From Hormiphora californensis (Eukaryota > Animalia > Ctenophora): a stretch of 64,000 nt of DNA. The stretch covers positions 868,001 through 932,000 of the forward strand of contig CM035358.1 in assembly GCA_020137815.1 (NCBI GenBank), read 5' to 3'. Below, piece after piece: positions 1 to 19,960 of the stretch. A program made the position numbers and the translations under genes. Under the pieces are notes generated by a model that was given only the letters and a program-made list of their open reading frames with translations, was not told the origin of the DNA and ran no database searches. How positions within the stretch are numbered: position 1 is the stretch's first letter; the number at the start of each line of letters is the position of its first letter.

Positions 1-765
1 TTTACCGAGGCCCACTTTTGTCCGCCATACTTTAGTGCTAACATCTGTGCTGATATTGGGGCAAATAAGTGGAGAACGAAGGGATTCAACAAAAGGAATG
101 CACCTCCGGGAACTCCTAAACTGTTAACCGTGCGAAACCCTTTCGATCGAGTTCTATCGGCGTATCGTGATAAAATCCAGGCTCTAGAACCAAGCAACCC
201 CTACAGAGACCCCATTTTTAATGAAATAGTTCGGCATCATAGATTTATATCCTTCGAAGATCGTAGCAGCAGGGAAAAATTGTTAAACGAAGCCAAGGAG
301 ATGTCTAAAACAATCTCAAACGAGAGAGGTGTAAGTGTGTATGTAGAGGGAGCTACCAATCCTTATCTCAAGCCTATATCGGCAACTTTCCCAGAGTTTA
401 TCAAGAACCTGCTAACAGATCACTGGCGGAACGAGCACTGGGCCGAGATGACTGAGCAGTGTGCGCCGTGTAAAATGGACTATGAATTTATCCTAAAAAC
501 AGAGGATTATATGTGTGAATTTCCCATGTTTTTGGATGTAATCGGAGCATCGGACATCAAAATTGATAACAAAAAGAAGTCAAATATCAACACTGCAAGG
601 AAGGACTCTCAGTATGCAGATGTGTTTGAATATTATGGACAGCTGCCTGATGATACCATTGATGCATTTGTGCAGTGGTTCAAAGATGACTGTTACTTAT
701 TTGATTACGATTGTGAGAGGTTGGCTCGTAAAATTAAGGAGTGGAAGAGTAGAACCAAGCTCTAA
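1..765 (+). CDS. Carbohydrate sulfotransferase (Sulfotransfer_2 / CHST-HNK1ST-like), 5'-truncated by window edge
   Basis: Frame 1 is open from base 1 to TAA at 763-765. It contains VRNPFDRVLSAYRDK (3'-phosphate-binding RxPxxRxxSAY motif), HW...C.PC...YEFI..E and a C-terminal D..LFDY, all typical of this family. Confidence 0.85.
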   Translation, partial: FTEAHFCPPYFSANICADIGANKWRTKGFNKRNAPPGTPKLLTVRNPFDRVLSAYRDKIQALEPSNPYRDPIFNEIVRHHRFISFEDRSSREKLLNEAKEMSKTISNERGVSVYVEGATNPYLKPISATFPEFIKNLLTDHWRNEHWAEMTEQCAPCKMDYEFILKTEDYMCEFPMFLDVIGASDIKIDNKKKSNINTARKDSQYADVFEYYGQLPDDTIDAFVQWFKDDCYLFDYDCERLARKIKEWKSRTKL

Positions 766-839
766 AGTCCGTATCAAGCCAATAGCATGTAACATCAATT
801 TAATCATTCTACACATATCATTGCTGTATATATTTATAT

Positions 840-1760
840 TAGGGCGTTTCAGAAATAACTTCGTCTCCCGATATTTTCAAAAAATATTGAAGATATCCAC
901 ATATACACTTCTGTAGCGTGTTATTTGAAGTCTTGACTAGTCACAACCGTAGTTATTTTGAAATTATTGATGAGGGGTGGCTCTCAGCGAACCCGGAAAC
1001 ACCTTAAACTCAAACTGCCGCTGAACGGGAAAAACGCGCATAGTACTGAAACTACTATACTTCTTGAAAATTGAATCTGTGGGATGTTTTATTGCATCAA
1101 TCTTGTTCATTAGACAATTATCTATCATTTAAGATGTAATAGAAGATCCTAGCTTTATTTGCGGCTGAGCAATCGGCCTCCAAAAAAATTCGGTAAAAAT
1201 TGGAAAGTTTCACTTCCGGGTCCCTTCACTTTTTATATGAGTAGCTCATAATCAAAAACTTTGCAGCAATAGATAGCTCTAAGGAAGTTCTATGACATAG
1301 TAAAGCCAATTATTTGATTTGTTGACATATAAAAGTGAATAATTGACGTTTTCGAACATACCCCCAAAACAAGCCAAAAATTGAGGCGAAATTTTGCATT
1401 TTTTCGACTTTTTATGTTACATTTACTGTCCAAGAGGTTTTTGGGCAACGCGTCGAGACCCAAATCGCATATATATCTCATCCTTAGACGATGAGCTATC
1501 GATTGAGCGCTACAGAAAGTCAAAAATCCATATCAGCTCCTCTCCAGAGGCGTTTAAAAAATTCTGGGAACCCCGTTCAGCGGCAACATGACTTCTGGTA
1601 TCATATCACCCAATTTCGGGGACTAAACAATGCCCTAAACTATTCAGAACACGTTTCCAGGAAGAGAATCGTCCATTGAACAAGATAAAACTGGGTAGAA
1701 GTCTCTATCTATCATAGATCCCAAAATATCGCGAAGCGAAGTTATTTCTGAAACGCCCTA
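840..1760. mobile_element. Non-autonomous DNA transposon (~920 bp) with terminal inverted repeats
   Basis: TAGGGCGTTTCAGAAATAACTTCG starts at 840 and its reverse complement ends at 1760. Flanks are AT-rich with no clean TSD, and there is no transposase ORF. Confidence 0.7.
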
Positions 1761-2051
1761 ATATATTATTATAATCAAGCTTTATACAAAATATGAATTT
1801 TAAAACCAAATTCGTGATTTTATCTGAAATGAAAGTGAGGTAGGAGATATCATGCGAGTGTGCACTGTGCACTGGAAAACTAATAGCTTCGTGCAAAATA
1901 AAGAGACGTGCATGTATAATGATGTTGCCTAATCGTCTCTTTCTTGTAATAGGCATCCACACATGAATGCAAGGGAAAAACGGTGACAGTGACATATTCA
2001 CTGGAGGGTACCCGGTGAATATGTTATTAAAAAATAAAATAACAACAGAGA

Positions 2052-3525
2052 TTACTTACTCGGTTTCACACGGATGGAGGGTGTGGTTCGCAGCGCTCCA
2101 CTGGGTGACGACGGAAGAAACTTGCTATCCTTTTCGGGTGATGCTACCTGTTGGACCTTAGTTTCCTTTTTCATGGGAGATGAAGGGGCCGCGTTTTGCA
2201 TCTTCTTTGGCGAGGAGGGGGCCACATAACTTTTAACCGGGGAGCAGGGACCAACATAACTTCCTCCCGTAGTGTTTCTAACCGGTGATTCGGCTCTAAC
2301 GGGCGACCCCCTAGAACGGAAGGATCCCTGTGTTTTAACCGGTGCATGTCTTTTGGCTGGGGATCGGAGAGATGGCGACCGAGATAGATCTCTGTTTCTT
2401 GTAGGGGACAGAGCAGTTTTTGATGGAGACATAGCGGCGGGTGACGTGTCTTTTTTAGTGGGTGATAACACCGTTTTAGTGGGTGATAACACCGTTTTAG
2501 TGGGTGATAACACCGTTTTAGTGGGTGATAACACCGTTTTAGTGGGTGATAACACCGTTTTAGTGGGTGATAACACCGTTTTACTGGGTGATAACACCGT
2601 TTTAGTGGGTGATAAAACAGTTTCCTTTTTGTCAGGGACCTGTTCCTCCTTACTCGGTGACAATACTCGTTTCCGGGTCGTCTTAGTGGCTGGAGAGAGA
2701 ACATCCTTCAGTGGATTATTGTCACCAGTTTCAGGTTTCTGCAAAGCACCCGCTCGGCTTGTCGTTCGTTTAGGGGCTACCGGCTGCTCGACCGGCTTGA
2801 TGTCTGCAAAGAACCTCTTTTTGGGAGATAGAACGTTATTGACAGAACGAGATGGGGAGAGTGGCGTTGTCGGGGTCGTTACGTCTTCCCCAAAGGTCCT
2901 CTTTGTTCCAATGTTTGGTGTCGGCGAGAGCAGGTTTTCTTTGTAATCAGGTGCATTCCGTCTAAATCTGTTAGACATTTTCTCTTGGAGACTTTCAAAA
3001 TCGTCCTCGACGTCCTCTATAGCAACAGTTTTAACCTGGAAGTGTGTATTAATTAGTCAGCTGAAGAGAGAGAGAGAGAGAAGTGTGAGAGAAGGGACCT
3101 GGATAAGTTACATAGAGGGTATATTTCCGGAAACTAGTATATAATGTAAAACCCACCTCAGGCTTGGGCGTGACCCGTGAACCAACCACCCCGCTAGCCA
3201 TTCCTCTACTTGGAGCACCTCCAAAGTTTGGAGTCCCTCCACCACCCCCTCCGTATACTTTCCGGGTCATTCGAGGAGAGGTGATCCCACTAGCAATACT
3301 CGAAGCAGCTGTTTTGTTTGAAGTCGGCGAGCCTAGAGGAAAGAATAAAGTTGTTAATACCTAAAATGTATGACAGATACTTCACAATGTATAATATACT
3401 CTGACCCATCTCTGGTTGTACGTACAAATAAGTTCAGCAGCTGGATTTTTGGGAGGAGCCTTCTTTAAGCGCCGTTCCCGGGCCTTGCGAAGTAGCTCAG
3501 CTGTACTATCCTGCGTGTCTTCCAT
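2052..3525 (-). CDS. Uncharacterised Ser/Pro/Lys-rich disordered protein with SPxK heptad repeats (3 exons)
   Basis: Phase-consistent exons 3525-3426 (MEDTQDSTAELLRKARERR...ELI), 3332-3157 and 3035-2052 with GT-AG introns. A GTAAGT just before the stop could be a further donor, so the 3' end is uncertain. Confidence 0.7.
2453..2620 (-). repeat. Coding 21-bp tandem repeat, 8 copies (VLSPTKT)
   Basis: Near-perfect ggtgataacaccgttttagtg units. Confidence 0.95.
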
Positions 3526-4506
3526 GACTACAGTGTAAAGAGGTAGAAGAATGAAAAGGTAATTTATAATCAATATGCTTATTACGAAACTATCATAAGT
3601 TCAGCAGTATGTTTTGAGGGTTTAGTCACGGGGTTTAGTCCGTGGAGACTGGGGGTGGTCCGTGGTGGTCCACGGCTGACGGCGATCAGATAATTTTACA
3701 TAATCTGAACACTTTCAAGGACTCTACCAAGGTAGGATACGGGCTTTCTTGTAAAACAAGGAAGGCACGTTTTAATTTTCACTGAAAGTCCCTGGCCCGG
3801 TGCCCCCTACATCTTGGTATCTTGGTATTGTCTTTGTGTAGATCCTACACCGGTGTCAGTTCCTTACAGAGCCTCCCCCTCCCTGGAAACATTCCGTATT
3901 CAGTCCAATATCCCCACCTAGTATTTAGTAAGCGCTTCTAGGTCCTGCTTGTGGGTGGTCCCTAGGGTGTGCTAAGTGAAAATTTTGTCGACTTGGCCAA
4001 TAGTTTAAGGGTAGATATGAAACTATGGACAATTGTCTACTACATCCTGAAAACGGAATTGGGGTAGGGTTAGGGACCACTGGTCCCCCCTGACTCTGAT
4101 TACCGCAACTGGCCCAAGGCGCACAAGGACTCGCTGGACCGCAGTCCCAGCTCCATCAGCCGTCCGTCCATGACTTGGCATACGCTGCACGCATGAGGGG
4201 GCTGATGGCCGCAGCGCATTCCAAGTCCCTGACTTTCACAACAAAATTCTTCAGAAAATTTCGTAAACTTTTTGAAAAGTATTTCGAAGAGTTTCATCTT
4301 TTTAATGCGCTGCAAAATCGCAAATTAATGGATGGCGCGAATTTATAAATTGTTAACGATGCAATTTCGAAATATCTTCGTGCGCGCTGAAGAAAAATAA
4401 AGTAAAGCCAGACTTGCCAAAAATCACTTCTGGCTTTGTTTCGCGATCGATTTTTTGGGGCCAGCGTTAAAATCTGGGTGTTTTGGGAGTGCTGACAAAC
4501 GGTTTT

Positions 4507-4564
4507 TTAGGGTTAGGGCTAAAGTAGGGTTAGGGTTAGGGTTGGGGTTTGGGTTGGGGTTAGG
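4507..4564 (+). repeat. Degenerate interstitial TTAGGG-like repeat
   Basis: ttagggttagggctaaagtagggttagggttagggttggggtttgggttggggttagg. Confidence 0.6.
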
Positions 4565-4963
4565 CCTTGACATTCCCTACCAGATAAACTTTGAATCTGT
4601 TGTGGCTTGCGCGTGAGTAATACTGAGAATACTCCGCAAGCAATCCGTGTGATATATATAACGATGGATTTTGTGAGATCGTTGTCTTTCTTCTACTTAC
4701 TCAAACTCCTGTGTATCACTTTGTTCAGTTCCGGACACACGCATCAGAATCAGCCAAAACGGTTGAGTGGTTTGGCGGTTAGAGCCATTTTAGTGAATCA
4801 ACTTTTTTGGCAGCGCGCACCTGTAAACAGGCCTCCAAACACCCAGATCGTAACGGCGCCCATTTTTTGGTTGTGAAAATTCGTTGGCGACCCCGACAGT
4901 GCACTTAGTTCAGCTATGGTTAGTCGTTTTTTCGTGTGCTACATCTTTAATGCAGAATTTTTG

Positions 4964-4967
<4 letters not shown>

Positions 4968-5054
<87 letters not shown>
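4968..5054. repeat. (GT)n microsatellite
   Basis: Uninterrupted GT run. Confidence 0.98.
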
Positions 5055-5056
<2 letters not shown>

Positions 5057-6399
5057 AGCACCTCCCATCATTCCGCCCACTGTGCTGCCCCTTCATAGGT
5101 CGACAGCCGACCTCCATTATAATCACTCCACGCCACTACCCTCCACACAAAGGGACAGTGTTGGTGTTCTCCGGTTCAGTCCTGGTGTTCTGCAGAGCAA
5201 GCTCCACATTTCCCTCGAACTGTTCCGGCACCACAAGAAGAGTTTTGATTCACGGCTTAATAGAGACCAGCGTGTCTTGTATGTTGGGACAATGGGTGAA
5301 ATTTACCTGCCTCCCTGGCTGGTCTTCGGTTACTACTGCTGCAAGGAGCTGTAGAAGTAGGTGGGTCTTCCGAATTTGCCACAGCGATAACTCACAGCCC
5401 GTGAGGCCTGTGTCGGTTGACAAATCTTATCACACTCTAGGCCTTGGGTCGATACCGCTAGTACACAGATCTGCATACAGCCAGGAGGTCCGGAAAAGTC
5501 TAATTTCTTTGACTTATATTGCACGGTTAAGCGTCTACACTTAAAGTAACACTGTGAGGCATTGGGCAAGTATCAGCCCCCAGTGGTGTGCATTTTGCGG
5601 ATTTAATACTTGTCTAAGGAGGCGGGGTGGCCGAGTGGGCCCAGACCTGCCCCATTACTCGCGGGTCCTAAGGTAGATGTGCATGTGTGTAGTCCCTCCT
5701 AGGTAACAGTCTCGACTCTGTTACCTGTTTCAGGTCAGGATGGTTAGGGGTGGTTGCATCTGGCTGTAAGTTAGGTGAGTTTTATCAGGTCGAGTGTTTG
5801 GTCGGGAGTGAGAATATTCTCGGCAATGTCCCGGTAGTCTAGCCATTGTTATCATGGAGGTTATGTGCTGATTCATAATGGTCATCAGCGACCGCGATTA
5901 AGTAGGCTTAGTAACTGGGATTTAATTTAATAAATTCCGTTTACTCAACCTAGGGATAGACCCTATTTCAAGTGAGATTATCAGTTCAACTGGGATCAGT
6001 TGCACTGCAAGAGCTCGGTGCCATGTGTAACAAAGTTACTGGCGGGGGTGAGATTATCAGTTCAACTGGTATAGTTTCACTGCAAGAGCTCGGTGCCATA
6101 ATTGAGTCCGGCAAGGTCTCTGGCAAAGTTTACTCCCCGTACTTGGGGAGAGAGCCGGTGTGATTTGACCGTACTCACTGGACCATCAGCCAACCAGGTC
6201 CACGGCAACGGGACTGAGCTTGAAGAGCTCAGCTGGCACGAAGAACTCATTTCTGAGTTCCCCCCGCTGTGAGTTTGTGTGATAAATGATTTAAACGCTC
6301 CCAAAAGCAGAGAACCGACCTTGGTCCTTGCCTCCAACGAAAGTGTTGACAAACTCAAAACGTGTTGTTATTAGTGTGCACTAAATTTCCATTGTTAGG

Positions 6400-9300
6400 A
6401 TGAGTAAGATATTTGAGCCGTTCCGTGTAATGGGACTGGTGTCAAATGATGTCCCATCCGTTGTCCAGACCCGAGGATCGGAATACTTTGTTACAACCTG
6501 TGTCGGCAAGGCTTTCAACACATACAACGTACTGTTACAAGTTTTTTTCATTTTTGACTTCTAAGGGTTTAGTTAAACCCTTTAGTTAAACCCCCTGTAA
6601 TGAAAATCCTCTCAAAACTCGTTAAAATAGTCCAGTATTTATAATACCACCCAACTGTATTTTGTATTCTCTGACCTGAAACCACCCCCTCAGTGTAAAA
6701 AGTTGAACCTAGTATTCGCATCACCTCTTCACGGTGGCCCTATCTCCTGTATGGCGGCCCACAAGGACCTTATCTTTACTACAGTGCATGATACTGTTTA
6801 TGTTTGGAATCGGGCCAGATTGATCTCAACTTTCACTGGACACACTGGGGACATAACTCACATTTTACCTTTTGGGGAACATCTCATTTCGATTGGTAAC
6901 TAATTTACTTTGTAGTGTGTTTATTGTTTTATGAAACTAGCCCTCTCACTTTCAGTTGGTAACTATGCCTACTTTTTTCATGTGTACTAACACCCCTCTC
7001 CTGATCAGCATCAGATAAGCGGCTGATAATACACGATATTAGTAGTGGGGAGGTGTATGCTGAACTAAATTTGGATCACGCTGTCACCTCTCTCCTTCAC
7101 CCCGCTACCTATCTGAACAAGGTATGTCATTTAACAAGGTACATATTTGTGTAGTTAATTAATTAGTTAATTAAATAATTAGTTAAAAAGATAATTAGGT
7201 AGTAACTAAACAAGGTATGTCATCTAATTAAACAAGAAGGTGTACACCGTACAATATCATGATGTGTTCAGTAAAACATTGTTCCCCAGATCCTCCTTGG
7301 CACGGATGATGGTGTAATGGAGCTATGGAACGTTCGGACCATGAAACTTATCTACCAGTTTACTGGACTAACAGGAAGGATTACAGTTTTAGCACAGGTA
7401 ATAATGAGATAAATTGGTGTTTTAAATAGTAACACACAATTAATTAACTCTATCTCGTTCAACACAATAAATTTTATTCAATGTTCATACTCCGGATGGT
7501 GATCACTAATCACTGATCACTGTTCAGAATAATATGGATATAAGAACCTCCCCCAGTCACCAGTGTTGTCATAAAAACGATACAAAATACTCTCCCCTCT
7601 CCCAGTCTCCAGCAATAGATGTGGTTGGTGTGGGATGCAGCGATGGAAAGATTAATATTCACAATCTCCGGACTGACGAGAAGATTATGAGTTTCTATCA
7701 AGATTGGGGCTGCGTTACAACCCTCTCTTTCAGATCAGGTACACGTCGTCTAGGAAAGAATTCCTCTTTAATATTGGTGGCATTAGTGAAAAGGCGGTAT
7801 AGTGAAATATTTGCTGACTGAGCTAGTCACTTTGAGGGCCCTTTAGTACTCTAATTTCCAGTATCCTCTCTTCCTCTCTCAGATGGGGTGGCTCACATGG
7901 TGTCAGGTAGCACGGAGGGTCACATAGCGATATGGGATCTGGAAAAGCAACAGTTACACAGGTACACCACAATTAGTTACGAATTAGTTTCTAATTATAT
8001 AATGGTGTTGGTGTATTCTGTCCTGTTTATTTTGTGTTGTTGATAATACTTTTGTGCTCCCAGTTTTATGTTTTTACCCAGCAACACCCCTAAACCTCAT
8101 CCTCCAAGGTGACACCCCTAAACCTCATCCTCCAAGGTGATACCCCTAAACCTCATCCTCCAAGGTGACACCCCTAAACCTCATCCTCCAAGGTGACACC
8201 CCTAAACCTCATCCTCCAAGGTGATACCTCTAAACCTCATCCTCCAAGGTGACACCCCTAAACCTCATCCTCCAAGGTGACACCCCTAAACCTCTCCTAA
8301 ACCTCTCCTAAACCTCACCTAAACCTCTCCTAAACCTCTCCTAAACCTCTCCTAAACCTCTCCTAAACCTCTCTCCTAAACCTCTCCCATCCTCTCTCTC
8401 AGCACGGTTCACAACGCTCACAGTGGATCAGTTGGTACGTCCACCTATCTCCCCTCCCAGGCTCTCCTTCTCTCATCCAGCTCTGATAACGCCCTGAAGG
8501 TGTGGGTCTTCGATGGACCTGGTATGTTGCAGGAACCGACCGAATCAGGAAATACTGGTCCCTGATTGGCTGATAACCAGTCACGTGACCTAAATAACGA
8601 GCTCTGATTGGGGGTTTCCTTGTTTCGGTCGGTTCCTGGTATGTTGTTTTATTGTTGGTGCAGTAGTAACACTAGGTATGCTGGGAGTGAGTTAGTGACG
8701 CAGCCGGTTCAGCCAAAACTCATTGTGCTTAGCCAAATTATTTTCTTCTTTTAGTTTCAGATCCTAGCACTGGTCCTCACATCAAGGAGCCTTTCTGAAA
8801 GTTGTTATAGGGTTCTAATCCCTCCTAATTCACACCAGGTGGAACTGCTAGAGTGTTGCGAGAGAGAACCGGACACTCTGCCCCTCCCACAATCTGCCGG
8901 TTCTACGGGGAGAACTCTGAAACTGTCCTCACTGCCGGACATGACAGAAGCGTCCGGAGTTTTTGTGTTTTTAAAGATGAACGGAGCAAGGAACTTAGTC
9001 AGGGTAAGCAAATCACAGGACATCAGCTGTATGATTAACAGTTGTATATACCGACCTGCTGTGTTCGTAATGAAATTACCCCTCTGTTATTATTGCTGTA
9101 TGCAATAAAATGGGTGACTTCGTAACCAACTTGCTGTGAGGACTGAGGGTGTTGTATGAATCGGTCTGAGTGTGGGAAGTTGCAGGGGAGTTTTTTAGGG
9201 GGAACCTGTAGAATGTAGATCATGTACCATGAATTGGTAATACATATCATCAAATCAATAATTGTTCATTACTTCTCATTATAGGGTCAATAGTAAGTCG

Positions 9301-11343
9301 GAGTAAAAAGTTAAATCTACCGGCTGAGGACCTAAAGCTGACTCCAGTCACCGCACTATCAGCTGGTAAGATATTTCATCCCCTCCCCTCTGTGAGACAC
9401 TTGTCCTGAAACCTCACTTACTTATTACTCAACCTCACTTACTCATTACTCAACAAAACTTTAAACCGCACTATTTGGTATATATTCACTAAACCCTCAA
9501 AACTAAAACTCTAAAGTCTAAACATAACTATTCACTAAACTTTCTAACCCTCACTAAACCCCCTCCCCTTTAGAGGAGATAAGGGAGCGGGAGTGGAGTA
9601 ACGTTATGACGGCCCATGTGGGAGACAAGAATGTGAGACTGTGGAGCACGTGTAATGCAACACTGAACAACAAACCACTGATTCCAAAACTTGATAACAT
9701 CGTAGTTTCGGTTAGTGCAAGATGGGTTTACAATTTACATGGGTGTTAGGTAGAATGTATCCGAAGACCCGCACGCCAATATAATAGTATTCTTGACTAA
9801 AATGGGGTCTGGGTAATGCTTAATTCTTAGTTTCCATATTGATTGATTTCAACCGAAGACTAATATTTTCTTCCAGGCTGTGTGTATGACATCTTGTGGC
9901 CACATTGGTCTAGTGGGGTACAACTCTGGACATCTTACAGCTTTCAACGTCCAATCTGGAAACAACAGGGGCATTTACGGAAAGGGTCCAGGTGATTATG
10001 TTTTCCATGCTACTAAGCTATTTCCAAATTATTTTTTTAAACTTTTGTATTGGTTTGTATTATCTCTCTACTCCCATTTCTGTACTAAAACTTCTATAGA
10101 AGTTGACCAATAAACTTAATTAGATCTAATTAAGTTGATTGCTCAACTAATTGATTCTGACTACCAAATCTCAGCCCATAAAGGAAGGATAACGGGGGTT
10201 GCAACAGATAGTGTTAACAAGATAGCTGTCAGTGTTGGCAGGGACTCCACTCTCAAGGTACGGGGCGGGGATATATATCTCTCTCTCTCACATTGTCTCT
10301 GTGATTAATATCTTGTTGAACAGTTCAATGAACTGAGTTCATGCCTGACTCCCACCACCTCCCCGCAATCTTTGGTTACGTAGTCACCCCAATATATACT
10401 TAAGCAGAGGGTAATTTCATTACCAACCTCAATCTCTCCAATATTGTAAACTTCCCCTACACATGTTCTCCATCCAGATATGGGAGTTCTCTCCTCGCAC
10501 CCTCCTCTCTATCGTGGACCTGCCCGGGCCTGCCCTAAAGCTGACCCTCCACCGGGAAAGTGGTCTGGCAGCAGTGGCCCTTGATGGTGGATGTGTGGTG
10601 GTGGTTGATGTGGATACGAGTAGGATTGTGCGGAATTTCCACCAGTCTGCAACCGTTACTGACATGGTAATATAGTGAAACTCTGTTGCAAATTATTGGT
10701 CACCCCGGTCTCTAGACTTTCATGAAATTCTATCTCTCGAAACCCGGTACGAATGCAAGTTATTTTTATTCAAAGAGACTGTTATACTTGTCAAATCGGA
10801 CATCTCTCTAACTTGGCAGGTCTCTCTTTTTTACAGTACTAATAATAAACTGCTAATATATTATGTGCATGACTGCTACATATTATGTGTGCTGTTACAT
10901 CTACACACTCTTTTGTGCAGAGTCGTGTCTTATGTAAATACTTGATATGAAATAGTTGATCTAGACACAAACTCTCCGTTTAGTCAGCTGATCGCACTTA
11001 TACTGTCTCTGTACTTATAAGTACAGTATAAATACTGTCTCTGCTTAGAACATACATTTTGTTAAAAACAGGACAAACTTTCCCACGCATTCTTGTAACC
11101 TGTAACACATGTGTCTCCTCCAGTGCTACAGTAAAGACTGTAAATGGTTGGTAGTGGCCACATCAGACCGAATTATCCGGATCTGGGATCTTGCAACAGC
11201 CCGGCTTATTGACTGCTTCCAGACTCCTTCACTCGTATCTTCTGTTTCAGTGTCACCTGAACACCTTGTTACAACTCACCAAGGCGAACTAGGTGTTTGT
11301 CTGTGGTGAGTTAGAGGGGTCTGTCTGTCTGTCTGTCTGTCTG

Positions 11344-11380
<37 letters not shown>

Positions 11381-11467
11381 GACTGTCTATCTGTCTGTTT
11401 GTCTGCCTGTCTGTCTGTCTGTCTGTCTGTCTATCTGTCTGTCTATCTGTCTGTCTGTCTGTCTGTA

Positions 11468-11537
<70 letters not shown>

Positions 11538-13272
11538 CCTGTCTGCCCGTGTTTTTTGTTACATTGTTATATCCCCATTTATTCCTTCTACCAGGGTAAA
11601 CAAGACACTATATGAAAGTGTAGAACTGCGTCCACTACCTGATGATGTAGAACCACGGCTAATTGGGGCAACTGTACAACAACAACCAATGGGTCAGTGT
11701 CACATGTATTTTGTGTGTGTAGTTTCAGGCCCTTGTGTCCCCTGTCTCTGTCACACATATTCAGTGTGATGGTTGGAGGGCGCCATGACCTTCTTACTAT
11801 TCTCACACGTGAAACTGCGCGCGGCGGGATCGGGTTATTTCATCGCGCGCGTTCGTTTTCTTTGGTCACGTGACCAGCGTGGGAAATTCATTTCACCACA
11901 TTTTCGGTGATTGATTTTGTAAGCCAGGTGGATTATGCTGTATATAATTCTTGTTTTTTGACAGAGGTAGATAGCGAGGGGGAGGATAGTGGTGAGTGGA
12001 AGGGAGCTGAGCAGTTACAGGAGGATCTGGTGACGCTGTCAGACACCCCACGTGCTAAATGGACCGCCCTCTGCAATCTAGACATTATCAAGGTAACGAC
12101 GTTATCTTGCATTTGTATTTTTTCCCTTCCTATTTTGTTGATAATTATTAGTCTCACAATATTTCTTAAATTACATCCTTTTTAGAAACGAAACAAACCA
12201 AAAGCACCACCTACGGCCCCCAAAGCGGCCCCCTTTTTCCTCCAAACAACGAAGGAACTGGTGCCTAAATTTGTAGTAGAGGAAAAGGAGGAAACGGAGA
12301 AGGAATCTTCTAAAATGCTGAGGTAGATATATGACTTTGATAGACCAAGAATATAACAAGACAAGATGGCTTTTTTTGTTCTCAATTAACCACAGTGAAA
12401 TTCTCAACTCCTCTCCAGGATAGGAGAGAGTGATTTCCAGAGACAATTACTAAACAGTAATGATACAGCCAGTATGTTACGATACATGAAGGATATGGCA
12501 ACCCCTACAGTCGGTATGTACTGAAAAACAATAGTGACAGTTACCATGTTACTATGTCTACTAATTCATAATTGTACAATAGTTCACTGGTTATATAGAC
12601 TCTATACCGTATAACAGCAATACTCCAATTTACGGGACTCCTCGGGGTAAGTAATTCACTTCGTTTTATCACCAGCTTCTCCCCATTGCAGACCTCGAGC
12701 TTCAGTCTATGTCCCCCATGGATGGTGGTTCTCACGAGCTGGTCTTGAAGTTTCTGGAGTTTCTAATCGACGCACACTCCCTCAAACTATCGTTTGATCT
12801 TGTTCAAGCTTATACCAATGTCTTCCTTAAGGTAAGAACCTTCAGCCCAATTCAAATAATATACAGTCAGACCCCGATTTACCGGGAGCACAAACTTCCC
12901 CGATATTCAGTTTTCAGTCATTTCTCTATCTATCACCCCCTTTTTTTCAATCCCAGTATAACAGACAGTACCTGATGGAAACACCTGCACTCCAAGATCA
13001 ACTGACATCACTGAGAAAAATTCACAAAGGTACAGTATTATGGTGTTAATGGTGCTAATGTGACAATACGACTTACGAGACATTGAGAAGTAGTGGATAG
13101 TGGGTAGAAGTTGGTATCGATCAACCCGGGTAGAGTATAACACTGTTCAGAACTATGACAATCCCTAATCAGTAATACCCTCCCCTTCCTTGTAGAGCAA
13201 TGGACAGAACTGCAGAAGAGGTTACAGGAGGTTGTATGTGTAACCAACTTTCTGAAGAACGTGGCCCTCTGA
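6400..13272 (+). CDS. WDR36: WD repeat-containing protein 36 / Utp21 (SSU processome), multi-exon
   Basis: Starts MSKIFEPFRVMGLVSNDVP...FVTTCVGKAFNTYN|CKKLNLVF. Later exons include SPAIDVVGVGCSDGKINIHNLRTDEKIMSF, SSSSDNALKVWVFD, LTAGHDRSVRSF, DCKWLVVATSDRIIRIWDLATARLID and the Utp21 C-terminal KRNKPKAPPTAPKAAPFFL. Ends ...TNFLKNVAL* at 13270-13272. Roughly 20 or more GT-AG exons. Confidence 0.95.
8085..8390 (+). repeat. Intronic minisatellite (28-bp unit about 7 times, then 11-bp cctaaacctct units)
   Basis: cacccctaaacctcatcctccaaggtga repeats leading up to the acceptor at ~8402. Confidence 0.9.
8530..8638 (+). mobile_element. 109-bp hAT-like MITE (family A), copy 1
   Basis: TIR CAGGAACCGACCGAA...TTCGGTCGGTTCCTG. 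The 8-bp TSD GTATGTTG is the WDR36 splice donor. Confidence 0.92.
11319..11540. repeat. (TCTG)n microsatellite in WDR36 intron
   Basis: Long tetranucleotide run; it generates the spurious SVCL ORFs. Confidence 0.97.
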
Positions 13273-13704
13273 GACTGGGACACTTTTTAACACGCAGCTT
13301 TGGAAGAGGAAGAAGAGGAAGAATGCAGCTTTGGAAGTTGACCTTTTTGACGTTTATTACTTTAACTTATTACACTCGGTTTTAAAACCTTCTTGTTTTG
13401 ATCCTTCATAACTCGACCCCTGTTATATTTCTTGTCCTAATCCCATTTCTTCCCTTGCCCACTTTAGCCCCCTCATTCTTGTAAAAAAAGGGTTAGAAAA
13501 ATATATATAACCTGTTTCTATGTGTATCTCTTACATCTCGTCCGTTTTTATGCTTTGCCGTAGCTGTACCACTTCTACCTACTGTTTACATAGTGCGGGT
13601 GGAGGGAATTTATTCCTGATAATCCGGTTTTAGCGGAAACGTTTTTACTACCTATTCTATCTATGTGTCTCCTCCTTTTTCAAACTATCTCACTATCTCT
13701 CTCG

Positions 13705-13769
<65 letters not shown>

Positions 13770-13868
13770 TCTCTCTCAATTATTCCATATGTAGATCTAT
13801 GACTGTTTACCTACCACCCCGGACAGAAGGAGAGAGACAGATGTCTCCCCAAGTGTGAGAAGAAAAAG

Positions 13869-19960
<6,092 letters not shown>

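Noticed and set aside
2171-2946. Overlapping ORFs 2171-2704 (-, CYHPLKR repeats) and 2272-2946 (+, LVGDNTV repeats)
   Set aside because: Alternative-frame and antisense shadows of the stop-free 21-bp repeat. Only the SPxK frame links to upstream exons.
4507-4564. True telomere or chromosome fusion site
   Set aside because: Short, degenerate, single orientation and flanked by genes on both sides.
5055-6360. Several 60-130 aa ORFs between the SPxK gene and WDR36
   Set aside because: No recognisable motifs or consistent splice chain; possibly decayed repeat sequence.
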